From positions 1-64,000 of the forward strand of contig JBCBZT010000007.1 of assembly GCA_039815185.1 (NCBI GenBank): 64,000 bases of DNA, given 5' to 3'. Of the stretch, positions 52,370 to 62,251 are shown piece by piece. Below the pieces are notes generated by a model that saw only the letters and a list, made by a program, of their open reading frames with translations, had not been told where the DNA came from and did not search any database. This stretch comes from Cyanobacteria bacterium P01_A01_bin.123. GTDB taxonomy: Bacteria > Cyanobacteriota > Cyanobacteriia > Phormidesmidales > Phormidesmidaceae. The translations under genes and the position numbers were made by a program. How positions within the stretch are numbered: position 1 is the stretch's first letter; each line of letters begins with the position of its first letter.

Positions 52370-53486
52370 AGTGATGGTTGCATAAAAGGATTATCATGCC
52401 CGATGGTCAGACGCGGATCTTGGCGGAGTACGACAACATGCCAGTGGACAAGGCCCATCTCTATCTCGATGCTGAGGGGTTGTGCAAGACGGGGCCGGAT
52501 GCGATTGAGGTTCGATTATCTATACCACTCAAGTACCCGAGCAGGCGGTCGCCCAGGCGACGGCAGTACCCTCTGAATCTGGAGCAGTCACGGGGACTGA
52601 GACTGGGGTAGGTGCTGGGACAGCATGGCGGAATCGGCATGATGCTGGTCGGGGCAGTGGCGCTGGCGGTGATCGGGGGTGGCTTCGTTTGGTTGACCCA
52701 GCGCAAATCGGTTCGCAAGGAGCCGTCGCAGTCGGCAAAGGCGAATGATTCCTCGGCAACGGATGCATCTCCAGCGGCTGCATCGAATAACCGGGTTAAT
52801 GACCTGAAGCAGTGGTAGGAGAGTCAGTCATGAAGTTTCAACCCTGGATGCTAGCGGGATTGCTGTTAGTGCTCTTTGGTTTGGGGGCGGTTTCAACCCT
52901 GACTAATCCTGAGATTCAAGAGGGTCGGGCGCTACAGCTACGGCGCAGAACCGAGCACAAGTTCGCGTGGAAGCACGGCAGGGCGAGGCTAACAGTCAGT
53001 TGACCATGACTCGCTATCAGTCGGGCAACTGCTTGTTGAGTGAGGTGCCTATTCAACCCAGCATTGTCTATGATGCGGTGCAGTGTGCTTGCTATTGGTC
53101 GGTCTTAGCAGACGGGATTGCACCCATGGATTTGATTGTCTCTTGGGATTTCTCGTTGATTAATTGAGGCAATTTGGTGCAAACCATGTTGATGCTCTTT
53201 GGCGTGGCGGGGTTTGTGGTTTTGAAGCGCTATGTGGTGCGCAAGGCTTAAGGAGGGCAGTGGGATGGCACAGCAGTCTCAGGTTTCAGATGAGCTGAAG
53301 GCAGCCTTTGAGTTGGCCCTGAAGAATCGCGGCATTAGTCGGGCGATGAGCAAGTGGAATCTCCCGGCCCAGGTGGTGGGAGCGTCTTTAGTGGTGTCTT
53401 GGCCGTTGGGGGCGGCGTTGGGCCAACTATTCAGCCCTTATATCGGTAGACTAGAGGTACTATACCTTTTGTCACCGCCTAGCTGA
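52370..53486 (+). pseudogene. Cluster of short, broken ORFs with TM segments; possible decayed mobile-element remnant
   Basis: Several co-oriented 63-84-aa ORFs (52378, 52612, 52812, 52967, 53232) with frame changes; no family recognised. Confidence 0.4.
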
Positions 53487-53500
53487 GACCGTTAGTCACT

Positions 53501-54112
53501 ATGACTCAAGCGCTCGCACCACCACTCAGCTTTCTAGAATTTCTGGAGACTCTGCCAGAAGATGGTAACCGCTATGAATTGGTTAACGGTCAACGAGTTC
53601 AGCTGATGGCAACCCGTGCCCATGATGATGTGGCTGACTTTATCTACGATGCTTTTCGCGACGAAGTCAGACGCGACCATCTCCATTACAAAATCTCACG
53701 GTTTGCTTCCGTCAAAACTCGTCGTGATGACGGCCTCGTGCAAGGGCGAACCCCTGACATTAGTGTTATTGACAAAGCCATTTGGACCGTTGATCCAAAA
53801 GCGTATGCCGCTATAGAGGAACCCATTCAGCTAGCGGTAGAGGTCAGCTCAACTAACTGGCGGGACGACTATCTGTATAAGCTGGCTGAATATGAAGCAC
53901 TCGGCATTCTGGAGTATTGGATTGTAGATTATCTAGCTATCGGCGCTACCCGCTATATTGGTTCTCCTAAGACGCCTACTATTTCGATATACACCTTGGA
54001 AAACGGCGAATATCAACTTCAGCAGTTTCGCGGCAATGATCGCGTCGCCTCGATAACCTTTCCAAAATTAACGCTCACCGCTGAGGCGATCTTTCAAGCT
54101 TCTGGTCTCTAA
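53501..54112 (+). CDS. Uma2 family (DUF820) endonuclease-like protein
   Basis: RYELVNG, PDISV, LAVEVSSTNWRDDY..KLAEYEALGILEYWIVD. Confidence 0.93.
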   Translation: MTQALAPPLSFLEFLETLPEDGNRYELVNGQRVQLMATRAHDDVADFIYDAFRDEVRRDHLHYKISRFASVKTRRDDGLVQGRTPDISVIDKAIWTVDPKAYAAIEEPIQLAVEVSSTNWRDDYLYKLAEYEALGILEYWIVDYLAIGATRYIGSPKTPTISIYTLENGEYQLQQFRGNDRVASITFPKLTLTAEAIFQASGL

Positions 54113-54752
54113 CCACTGCCTCTCCATTGATAGATTAGCTGCTCTCAACTGCAAATACTCTTCAACAGGCAAAGGGCGGGAGGCGCGATCGCACCTTGGT
54201 TTTCAGCCTTTTGAGGAGAGCCCGCTCGATCTGATGAGTCTCACCGGTTTGGGGGCTAGAGGGATGTGACAGTTGATGATTTTAGTCACCAGGTAGTCCA
54301 GGGGATTGTTGAGGGTTTGGGTCTTGATGTGAGACTGATCAGAGGGATATGGGAGCGATCGCTTCTCCATATGCAGATCTAAACGATTGCATCGCAGTCC
54401 ATACACTGTTCAATTCTGACCGGATTGAGAATTCAGTGGTTTGATTGGCTCTGGCGATCGCGCCACTCTCAGAGCAGTTCCAAGGGGGCGATGTCAGACG
54501 TGGCAGTCATGATGCTCTGCCCTTGGCCAACAGCGATTGAAGATATAACCTGCAAGGTACCCTAGTGGGGAATATCCAAGACTGGAAAAGATGTCTAATA
54601 CTTGTTAAAAGAAAACATGGTTGTTTTGCAATGATGGCCGCTGACAGGTGCGATCGCCTCCGTTCTAGTTAGGGAAAAGGGGATGTCCTTGCCGTTGCTG
54701 GGCGCAGCATTGATGCTCAGGGGAGAGGCTCAATAGATGGAGCATAGTTGCC

Positions 54753-57700
54753 ATGCACAGTAAGCAGCGATGGTTAGGGCTAATGCCTTTGGCCTTATTG
54801 GTGTGTGGCCTACCTGTGATGGCCAGGGGAGCATTGCAACCCGCAGTTTTGCAGGATAGGAATACCGAACTAAAAGCAGTGCCCCTGACAAAGGAAGTGC
54901 TACAGGGTCGCTCTCAAAATTCAGGGTCTAGTGGGTCGAAGCAATCTGTCATTGGGCAAGATAGCTTATTGCGAGTTGAAGGGAGCCTATCCGAGGGAGA
55001 CGCCACTCTCAATGACGGCAGCCTATATGAAGAACACACGTTCCAGGGACAGGCAGGGCAGATTGTCAGAATCACGCTGGAAAGTGGTGTATTCGACACC
55101 TATTTGCTACTAGTAGCGCCATCGGGAGCACTCATTGCTGAAGATAACGATGGTGGTAGCGACAGCAATTCTGAAATCGTTGTGCAGTTACCTGAGGATG
55201 GGCCATACCGAGTATTGGCGAATGCCTATGACCAGACTGGACGGGGAGCGTATCAGCTTGTAGCTGTCATGGCTAACGTTGAGGATTTCTCTCAAGTAGA
55301 GGCCGATCGTCTTTTTCAGCTTGGTATTGACCAGTTTCGTGTCAGCCAGTTTCGAGCGGCACTAGCATCATGGCAAGCAGCTTTGGAGCTTTATCGAGTG
55401 CTTGAAAATCGCCAGGGGGAAGCAAACTCACTGGGGAATTTAGGTCTGGCTTACGACAGCCTGGGCAACTATCAGCAGGCCATCGACCACCATCAACAAT
55501 CCTTGGCCATCAAGCGTAACCTCGGCGATCGCCGAGGGGAGGCAAACTCATTGAGCAATCTAGGCCTAGCCTACGACAGCCTAGGCAACTACCCGCAAGC
55601 CATCGACTATTATCAGCAAGCTTTAGACATTGCTCGCGATATCGGCGATCGCCCAGGGGAAGCTGCCTCATTGGGCAATCTGGGCAATGCTCACTATAGT
55701 TTGGGAGATTATCGGCAGGCCATCAACTATCTTACGCAAACCTTAGCGATCGCCCGTGATATCGGTAACCGTCAAAGGGAGGCAGGTTCATTAGGAAATT
55801 TGGGTCTTGCTCACTATAGTTTGGGAGATTACCCGCAAGCCATCGACTATTATCAGCAAGCCTTAGCCATTGCTGGCGATATCGGTAACCGCCAGGGGGA
55901 AGCGAATGCATTGGGCAATCTGGGCAACACCTACCGCAATTTGGGGAATTACCAGCAGGCGATTGACTACCATCAACAATCCTTAGCCATTGCCCGCGAT
56001 ATCGGCGATCGGCAGGGGGAGGTGAACTCATTGGGCAATCTGGGCAACGCCTACCGCAGCCTGAGAGACCATGAACAGGCCATTAGTCATCATGAGCAAT
56101 CTTTAGACATTGCTCATGATATTGGCTATCGCCAGGGGGAGGCGAATGCTTTAGGGAGTTTGGGCAACACCTATCACCGTCTAGGGGACTACCAGCAGGC
56201 CATCGACTACCATCAGCGACACCTAGCCATTGCCCGCGATATTAGCGATCGGCAGGGGGAAACGAACTCATTAGGAAACTTGGGTAGTGCTTACGGTAAT
56301 CTTGGAAACTACTCGCAAGCCATCGATTACTTTGAGCAAACTTTAACTATTGCCCGCGACATCGGCAACCAAGCTGGTGAGGCCAATGCTCTGAACAATC
56401 TTGGCTTTGCTTATCTGTGGTTGAACCGTCTTGCAGAAGCAGAAGATGTTTTCTTGAACGCGATCGCTGTTTTAGAAAACTTACGCAACACTGGCTTAAG
56501 CGATGCTGACAAAATTCGTTTTTTTGATACCCAGACTAATGCTTACAAAGGGCTTGAACAGGCACTGATTCTGCAAGATAAGCCAGTCCAAGCTTTAGAA
56601 GTGGCCGAGCGGGGACGTTCCCGCGCATTCATAGAGTTGTTAGCCGAACGTCTATCTCTGCAGCAGGCAGAACAACTCTCCTCAGAACCACCAGACTTTA
56701 CCAAAATTCAGCAGATTGCGGCTGCTCAACAGGGTGTTTTGGTGGAATATTCACTGATTAACGGTGGACCTGACAGTCCTTCTCTCTATATATGGGTTGT
56801 ACAACCCGATGGTGAACTAGACTTTCGCAAGGTGTCCCTAGACGATAACGCCCTTGACTTAGCCGAGTTGGTTAGCCAGAGCCGACAGTCCATCGGTGTG
56901 CGTGGCAGGGGCGGTGGATTTGAGCTGGTGGAGGCCCCCACTGGAAATGAGCAACTGCGCCAACTGTATCAACTCCTGATTGAGCCGATTGCTGACCTAT
57001 TACCCCCCCATCCAGAACAACGGGTCATCTTCATGCCCCAGGGTGAGTTATTCCTGGTGCCATTTCCCGCCCTGATTGATGAATCAGGCGATTACCTAAT
57101 TGAGAAGCACACCATATTAACTGCGCCGTCTATTCAAACTTTAGATCTCACTCGACGACAGCGCATGGTTCTTGAAATTTCCGATTCACTGGAGGCTGAA
57201 TCTATCCTCACTGTGGGTAATCCCACCATGCCGGAGGTATGGAACCCAGATGCATCTGCCTATCAGCAACTGTCTAACTTGCCGGGGGCAGAGCGAGAAG
57301 CCTTAGAGATTGCTAACTTCTTCAATATCCAACCCTTGCTCAATGCTGATGCGACGGAGCAGATGATCAAACAGCGGATTGAAGCTGCTCGTATTGTTCA
57401 CTTGGCAACTCACGGTTTATTGGAATATGGCACTCCTGAGGACTCTGGCGTGAGAGATTTACCCGGGGCCATTGCCTTAGCGCCAGGGCAGGGTGAAGAC
57501 GGTTTACTCACCTCTGCTGAAATTAGAACCTTTAACTTGCAAGCAGAGTTGGTCGTGCTTAGTGCCTGTGATACTGGCCGGGGCCGCATTACTGGGGATG
57601 GGGTGATTGGGCTGTCTCGATCTTTTATCGAAGCCGGAACACCCAGCGTGATTGTGTCTCTGTGGTCGGTACCAGATGCGCCGACGGCAGAGTTGATGAC

Positions 57701-57833
57701 GGAGTTTTATCGACAGTTGCAGCAGGGGCAGGATAAGGCTCAGGCGTTGCGACAGGCAATGTTGACAACGTTAGAGAATCATTCTGAACCAAAGGACTGG
57801 GCGGCGTTTACGTTGATTGGGGAAGCGGATTGA
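54753..57833 (+). CDS. Signal peptide-PPC-TPR-CHAT protease (copy 1)
   Basis: PPC-like domain (FDTYLLL...DNDGG), about 9 40-aa TPRs, catalytic HLATHG and LSACDTG, WAAFTLIG. Confidence 0.93.
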   Translation: MHSKQRWLGLMPLALLVCGLPVMARGALQPAVLQDRNTELKAVPLTKEVLQGRSQNSGSSGSKQSVIGQDSLLRVEGSLSEGDATLNDGSLYEEHTFQGQAGQIVRITLESGVFDTYLLLVAPSGALIAEDNDGGSDSNSEIVVQLPEDGPYRVLANAYDQTGRGAYQLVAVMANVEDFSQVEADRLFQLGIDQFRVSQFRAALASWQAALELYRVLENRQGEANSLGNLGLAYDSLGNYQQAIDHHQQSLAIKRNLGDRRGEANSLSNLGLAYDSLGNYPQAIDYYQQALDIARDIGDRPGEAASLGNLGNAHYSLGDYRQAINYLTQTLAIARDIGNRQREAGSLGNLGLAHYSLGDYPQAIDYYQQALAIAGDIGNRQGEANALGNLGNTYRNLGNYQQAIDYHQQSLAIARDIGDRQGEVNSLGNLGNAYRSLRDHEQAISHHEQSLDIAHDIGYRQGEANALGSLGNTYHRLGDYQQAIDYHQRHLAIARDISDRQGETNSLGNLGSAYGNLGNYSQAIDYFEQTLTIARDIGNQAGEANALNNLGFAYLWLNRLAEAEDVFLNAIAVLENLRNTGLSDADKIRFFDTQTNAYKGLEQALILQDKPVQALEVAERGRSRAFIELLAERLSLQQAEQLSSEPPDFTKIQQIAAAQQGVLVEYSLINGGPDSPSLYIWVVQPDGELDFRKVSLDDNALDLAELVSQSRQSIGVRGRGGGFELVEAPTGNEQLRQLYQLLIEPIADLLPPHPEQRVIFMPQGELFLVPFPALIDESGDYLIEKHTILTAPSIQTLDLTRRQRMVLEISDSLEAESILTVGNPTMPEVWNPDASAYQQLSNLPGAEREALEIANFFNIQPLLNADATEQMIKQRIEAARIVHLATHGLLEYGTPEDSGVRDLPGAIALAPGQGEDGLLTSAEIRTFNLQAELVVLSACDTGRGRITGDGVIGLSRSFIEAGTPSVIVSLWSVPDAPTAELMTEFYRQLQQGQDKAQALRQAMLTTLENHSEPKDWAAFTLIGEAD

Positions 57834-57896
57834 GGGCAAAGAAACTAGTACCCTCATGGAGCATATCCAAAAGCCGTATTTAATTATTTAATTAAA

Positions 57897-59095
57897 CAGG
57901 ACTTACGCATTGACAAATGAGTAAATTCGTGGGTTGGAGATAAAAGGTGTTTTCAGGACTTACGCATTGACAAATGAGTAAATTCGTGGGTTGGAGATAA
58001 AAGGTGTTTTATCGAGCAACCCTTGCGCATCGCCACTAAACCCTCAACCGCTCACTGCACGATCGATCTCTACGTCCGCTATCTGCTCGCCCAACCGCAA
58101 GGGTCAGGCTGTTGTGAACTTGCTGAGATCCTTAAGACGGTGTCCCATGACAGCATCAATCGATTCCTGTGCCGAGAACGCTATGAGCCGAAGGATCTCT
58201 TTGATGAACTGGTCAATCAAGGCTGGCTAGATTTAGTCGGTGGCGTGTTGAGCGTAGACGATACGGTGCTGGAGAAACCCTACTCACAGCGAGAAGCCAC
58301 GGCTCTTTTAGGCTATTTCTGGAGTAGTAAAGCTGCCAAGCCAGTGCTGGGACTCTCATTAGTCACGCTCTTCTACACCAGTGCCACTGGCTTCCAAGTG
58401 CCCGTCAACTATCGTCTCTATGACAAAGCGGAGGGCAAAACCAAAAATCAGTACTTTCAAGAGATGTGGCAAGAAGTCAGGCAGTGGGGGCTACGGCCTC
58501 AAGCTGTCACCAGCGATACTTGGTACGCCGCTAAAGCTAATCTCAACTTGCTCAAAAACGACCAGATGGGGTTTTTGGTCGGCGTTGCCAAGAATCGGCA
58601 GGTCCGTTTAACATCCCAGCAGCCCTATCAGCGGGTGGAGACCCTGACGATTCCCGACGCCGGGCTTCTGGTTTATCTTAAGGGAGTCGGGCCAGTCAAG
58701 GTCTTTTGCCAGTGCTTCAAAAACGAATCGTGTCGGTATTATGCCTTGTACTTGCCTGACCCTAAGGCTTTGGCGAGCGCGGGAGCGGCTGACTTCGAGC
58801 GGTTGCACACTCTCCATTGGGGCATTGAATGTTTTCACCGCGCCGGAAAACAACTGTGTGCCCTACGGCGCTTTCGAGTGCGCCTGAAGGAAGCCATCCA
58901 CACTCATATCTTTTGTGCTCTGCGAGCCTTTGTCGAGTTGGAATTGCAAGTTTGGCAGCAGCAGCTAGGCAATTGGGATGAACTCCAACGTCACCTCTAT
59001 CAAGAGGTCGCTCGGCAGTTCATCCTCCAAGCGCCTTTGACGAGGAAGACGCCTTGAACCCTGATGTTGTTGAATTTGTCAATGCGTAAGTCCTG
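57897..59095 (+). mobile_element. IS701-family insertion sequence with a duplicated 57-bp left end and 5-bp TTAAA target duplication
   Basis: 22-bp IRs CAGGACTTACGCATTGACAAAT (57897 and 57954) and ATTTGTCAATGCGTAAGTCCTG (59074-59095); TTAAA at 57892-57896 and 59096-59100. Confidence 0.93.
58023..59057 (+). CDS. IS701-family DDE transposase
   Basis: SHDSINRFL, SVDDTVLEKPY, TSDTWY, HWGIECFHRAGKQ. Confidence 0.92.
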   Translation: MRIATKPSTAHCTIDLYVRYLLAQPQGSGCCELAEILKTVSHDSINRFLCRERYEPKDLFDELVNQGWLDLVGGVLSVDDTVLEKPYSQREATALLGYFWSSKAAKPVLGLSLVTLFYTSATGFQVPVNYRLYDKAEGKTKNQYFQEMWQEVRQWGLRPQAVTSDTWYAAKANLNLLKNDQMGFLVGVAKNRQVRLTSQQPYQRVETLTIPDAGLLVYLKGVGPVKVFCQCFKNESCRYYALYLPDPKALASAGAADFERLHTLHWGIECFHRAGKQLCALRRFRVRLKEAIHTHIFCALRAFVELELQVWQQQLGNWDELQRHLYQEVARQFILQAPLTRKTP

Positions 59096-59211
59096 TTAAA
59101 TACGGCTTTGGCTTGGAGGTTCTGCGCCAAATAGTGAGTTGACCTCCGGGATTGCTCAGAGCGGCATTAATGCTTTAAGTCGTGGTGACTTGTTTGATAA
59201 GGGAATGGCAT

Positions 59212-62106
59212 ATGCATAAGTGGCATCAATGGTCAGGGTTAATCGCGTTGATGCTTCTGGCATGGCGGATGCCTGTCGCTGCAAGGGAACCACTGAGGCT
59301 TAACGCGCTAGAGTATCCACCTTTAAGGGCAGAGCCTGCCATTCTGCCGCAGGAGAAATTGCAGGCTCTGCCACAAACTGAGGTTGCCAATGACTTAAAA
59401 CAAGCAAACACATCGCAACAGATACTGCTCCAAGTTGAGGGAAATTTAGCTGATGGGGATGCCAGCTTCGATAATGGCAGTCTCTATGATGTGCATACGT
59501 TTCAAGGACAGGCGGGGCAAATCGTCAGGATCACACTGGAAAGCCAAGACTTTGATACCTACCTGCTGCTCAATGCGCCCTCGGGTGAGCAGATTGCCGC
59601 AAACGATGACGGCGGAAGCGGTACTAATGCAAAGATTGTCGTGCAGTTGCCTGAAGACGGGGTATACCGAGTGCTGGCTATCGCCTATTACCAGACGGGG
59701 CGGGGAAACTATCAACTAATGGTTAGGACTGCTGGTGAGTCAGATCTCCCTGGTGAGTCAGATCTCCAGCGAGCAAACCAAGAAGCTGAAGCCGATCGCT
59801 TGTTGCAGCAGGGCATTGAACAATATGGCGCTAGCCAGTCTCCGGAAGCCCTCGCCTCCTGGCAGGCCGCATTAGCGCTTTATCGCCAGTTGGGAAATCG
59901 CAAAGGGGAAGCCAATGCCCTGGGTAGTTTGGGCGTCGCTTACGACCGTCTGGGGGACGACCGCCGCGCTATTGACTTCTATGAGCAATCCTTAGCCATT
60001 GACCGTGAAATCGGCGATCGCCAGGGAGAAGCCACTACTCTGAATAATTTAGGTCTCGCTTACGGCGGTCTAAGAGACTACCGCCGCGCTATTGACCTCC
60101 ATGAGCAATCCTTAGCCATCGCTCGTGAACTCGGCGATCGTCAGGGGGAAGCCAATGCCCTGGGTAGTTTGGGTATCGCTTATTACCGTCTAGGAGACTA
60201 CCGCCGCGCCATTGACTTCCATGAGCAATCTTTAGCCATTGACCGTGAAATCGGCGATCGCCGGGGGGAAGCCTATGCGCTGGGAAATTTGGGCTTCGCT
60301 TACGAAGCTCTAGGAGACGACCGCCGCGCCATTGACTTCCAAGAGCAAGCTTTAGCCATTGCCCGTGAAATCGGCGATCGCCAGGCAGAAGCCAATGCCT
60401 TAACAAACCTAGCCTACGCTTTGGAAGCGGAAGCCCAACCCGAACTCGCTATCGTCTTTTTCAAGCAAGCGGTCAATACCTTCGAAGCCATCCGCGACAG
60501 CAACCGAGGTCTAGAAGCTGACCTGCAAAGCTCCTACACAGCCACCGTCGAAGACACCTATCGCCATCTGGCCGATCTACTGCTCCAGCAAGACCGCATC
60601 CTGGAAGCTCAGCGAGTGCTAGACTTGCTCAAAGTGCAAGAGCTCGACAACTACCTGCGCGGCGTTCGTCGCAACGCCGACACCGAAGCTGGTGTTACCT
60701 TCCGCCCCGCCGAGCAGGAGCTCTTGCAGCGCTATACCGCCAACCAAGATCAGCTGATTGCCCTGGGACAGGAACGGGCCGAACTGGCTAAAATTCCCCG
60801 TGACCAGCGCACCGCCGCTCAAGCCGAGCGGATTGTGGAACTGCGCCAGCTAGAGCAAGCGATCCGGCAGCAGTTCCGAGGCTTCTTTGAGCAGAGCGAA
60901 ATTGTGGAACTGGTAAATCGCCTGCGTCGCACCGTAGGAGCCGCCAACATTGAACTCGCCGAACTCAACGCCCTGCGGGACAACCTGCAAAACCTGGATC
61001 AAGACGCTGTTGTGCTCTATCCCCTCATCCTTGAGGATCGACTAGAACTGGTGCTGGTCACCCCCGATACGGCCCCCATCCGCCGCACCGTCAGCGTCCG
61101 CCGGGAAGACCTCAACCGCACCATCGGCGAACTGCGCCACGCCCTGGAGTCCCCCAGTCGCGATGCGGTTACCCCCGCTCAGCAGCTCTACGATTGGTTG
61201 ATTCGCCCGATTGAGGCCGACTTGGCCCAGGCGGAAGCCAAAACCATCATCTACGCCCCCGACTTGCAACTGCGCTACGTCCCGCTAGCGGCGCTGCACG
61301 ACGGTGACCAGTGGCTAATCGAAACCTACCGGGTCAATAACATCACCGCCGCCAGCCTGGACGATTTGGACAATGCCCCATCTCCGGGCGGGTTGAACAT
61401 TTTGGCTACCGCCTTTACCGAAGGTCGCCATGAGGTACCCGTGGGTGAGCAAACCCTACGCTTCTCGGGATTGCCCTTTGCCGGGGTAGAAGTGGAAAAC
61501 CTAGCCACGCTGGTTCCCGGCACGGAGCAGCGCTTAAACGAAAACTTCAGCGCCGACATCGTCTATGAAATGGATGATTACCGGATTGTGCATTTGGCAA
61601 CCCACGCCATTTTCAATCCGGGGCCGCCAGAGAATTCGTTTATTCTCTTTGGCAACGGCGATCGCGCCACCCTGGCCGACGTGAAAAACTGGAGCTTTCC
61701 CAATGTGGAGCTAATTGTGCTAAGCGCCTGTGAAACCGCCGTGGGAGATGTGCCCTTGGGTAATGGGGAAGAGATTTTGGGCTTTGGCTATTTGATGCAG
61801 TTGGCGGGAGCGGATGCTGCGATCGCCTCCCTCTGGGCAGTGGACGATGGCGGCACTCAGATTTTGATGAATGGATTTTACGATGTGCTCAACCAGGGCG
61901 GACTAGCTAAGGCAGAAGCGCTGCGGCAGGCGCAGATATCGCTGATTCGCGCCGGGGAAGAGGGGCGAGCGACAGGCAGTGGTGGCGACGATAATCGCGG
62001 TGGGTTTGAGCTGGTGCCGACTGACAATGGCTCGAATCTCGACCCATCGGATCTGAGCCATCCCCACTATTGGGCACCGTTTATTTTAATTGGCAATGGG
62101 CTGTAG
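59212..62106 (+). CDS. Signal peptide-PPC-TPR-CHAT protease (copy 2)
   Basis: PPC domain, near-identical 120-bp TPR repeats, HLATHA, LSACETA, HPHYWAPFILIGNGL. Confidence 0.93.
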   Translation: MHKWHQWSGLIALMLLAWRMPVAAREPLRLNALEYPPLRAEPAILPQEKLQALPQTEVANDLKQANTSQQILLQVEGNLADGDASFDNGSLYDVHTFQGQAGQIVRITLESQDFDTYLLLNAPSGEQIAANDDGGSGTNAKIVVQLPEDGVYRVLAIAYYQTGRGNYQLMVRTAGESDLPGESDLQRANQEAEADRLLQQGIEQYGASQSPEALASWQAALALYRQLGNRKGEANALGSLGVAYDRLGDDRRAIDFYEQSLAIDREIGDRQGEATTLNNLGLAYGGLRDYRRAIDLHEQSLAIARELGDRQGEANALGSLGIAYYRLGDYRRAIDFHEQSLAIDREIGDRRGEAYALGNLGFAYEALGDDRRAIDFQEQALAIAREIGDRQAEANALTNLAYALEAEAQPELAIVFFKQAVNTFEAIRDSNRGLEADLQSSYTATVEDTYRHLADLLLQQDRILEAQRVLDLLKVQELDNYLRGVRRNADTEAGVTFRPAEQELLQRYTANQDQLIALGQERAELAKIPRDQRTAAQAERIVELRQLEQAIRQQFRGFFEQSEIVELVNRLRRTVGAANIELAELNALRDNLQNLDQDAVVLYPLILEDRLELVLVTPDTAPIRRTVSVRREDLNRTIGELRHALESPSRDAVTPAQQLYDWLIRPIEADLAQAEAKTIIYAPDLQLRYVPLAALHDGDQWLIETYRVNNITAASLDDLDNAPSPGGLNILATAFTEGRHEVPVGEQTLRFSGLPFAGVEVENLATLVPGTEQRLNENFSADIVYEMDDYRIVHLATHAIFNPGPPENSFILFGNGDRATLADVKNWSFPNVELIVLSACETAVGDVPLGNGEEILGFGYLMQLAGADAAIASLWAVDDGGTQILMNGFYDVLNQGGLAKAEALRQAQISLIRAGEEGRATGSGGDDNRGGFELVPTDNGSNLDPSDLSHPHYWAPFILIGNGL

Positions 62107-62251
62107 ATAATCAGTACCCGTGGGGGGAATATCCAAAAACTGAACTAGTATCGATACTGAATAAAGTTTGGCTGTGGGGAGGCTGCACCGAATAGGCGTG
62201 TCGTTCCCGTCACCACAACAGCGGTATCACTTTTCAGTAAGGGGTTGGCGA

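Noticed and set aside
55400..60400. 120-bp repeats as a CRISPR or other non-coding array
   Set aside because: They are in-frame 40-aa TPR units with no unique spacers and no cas genes.
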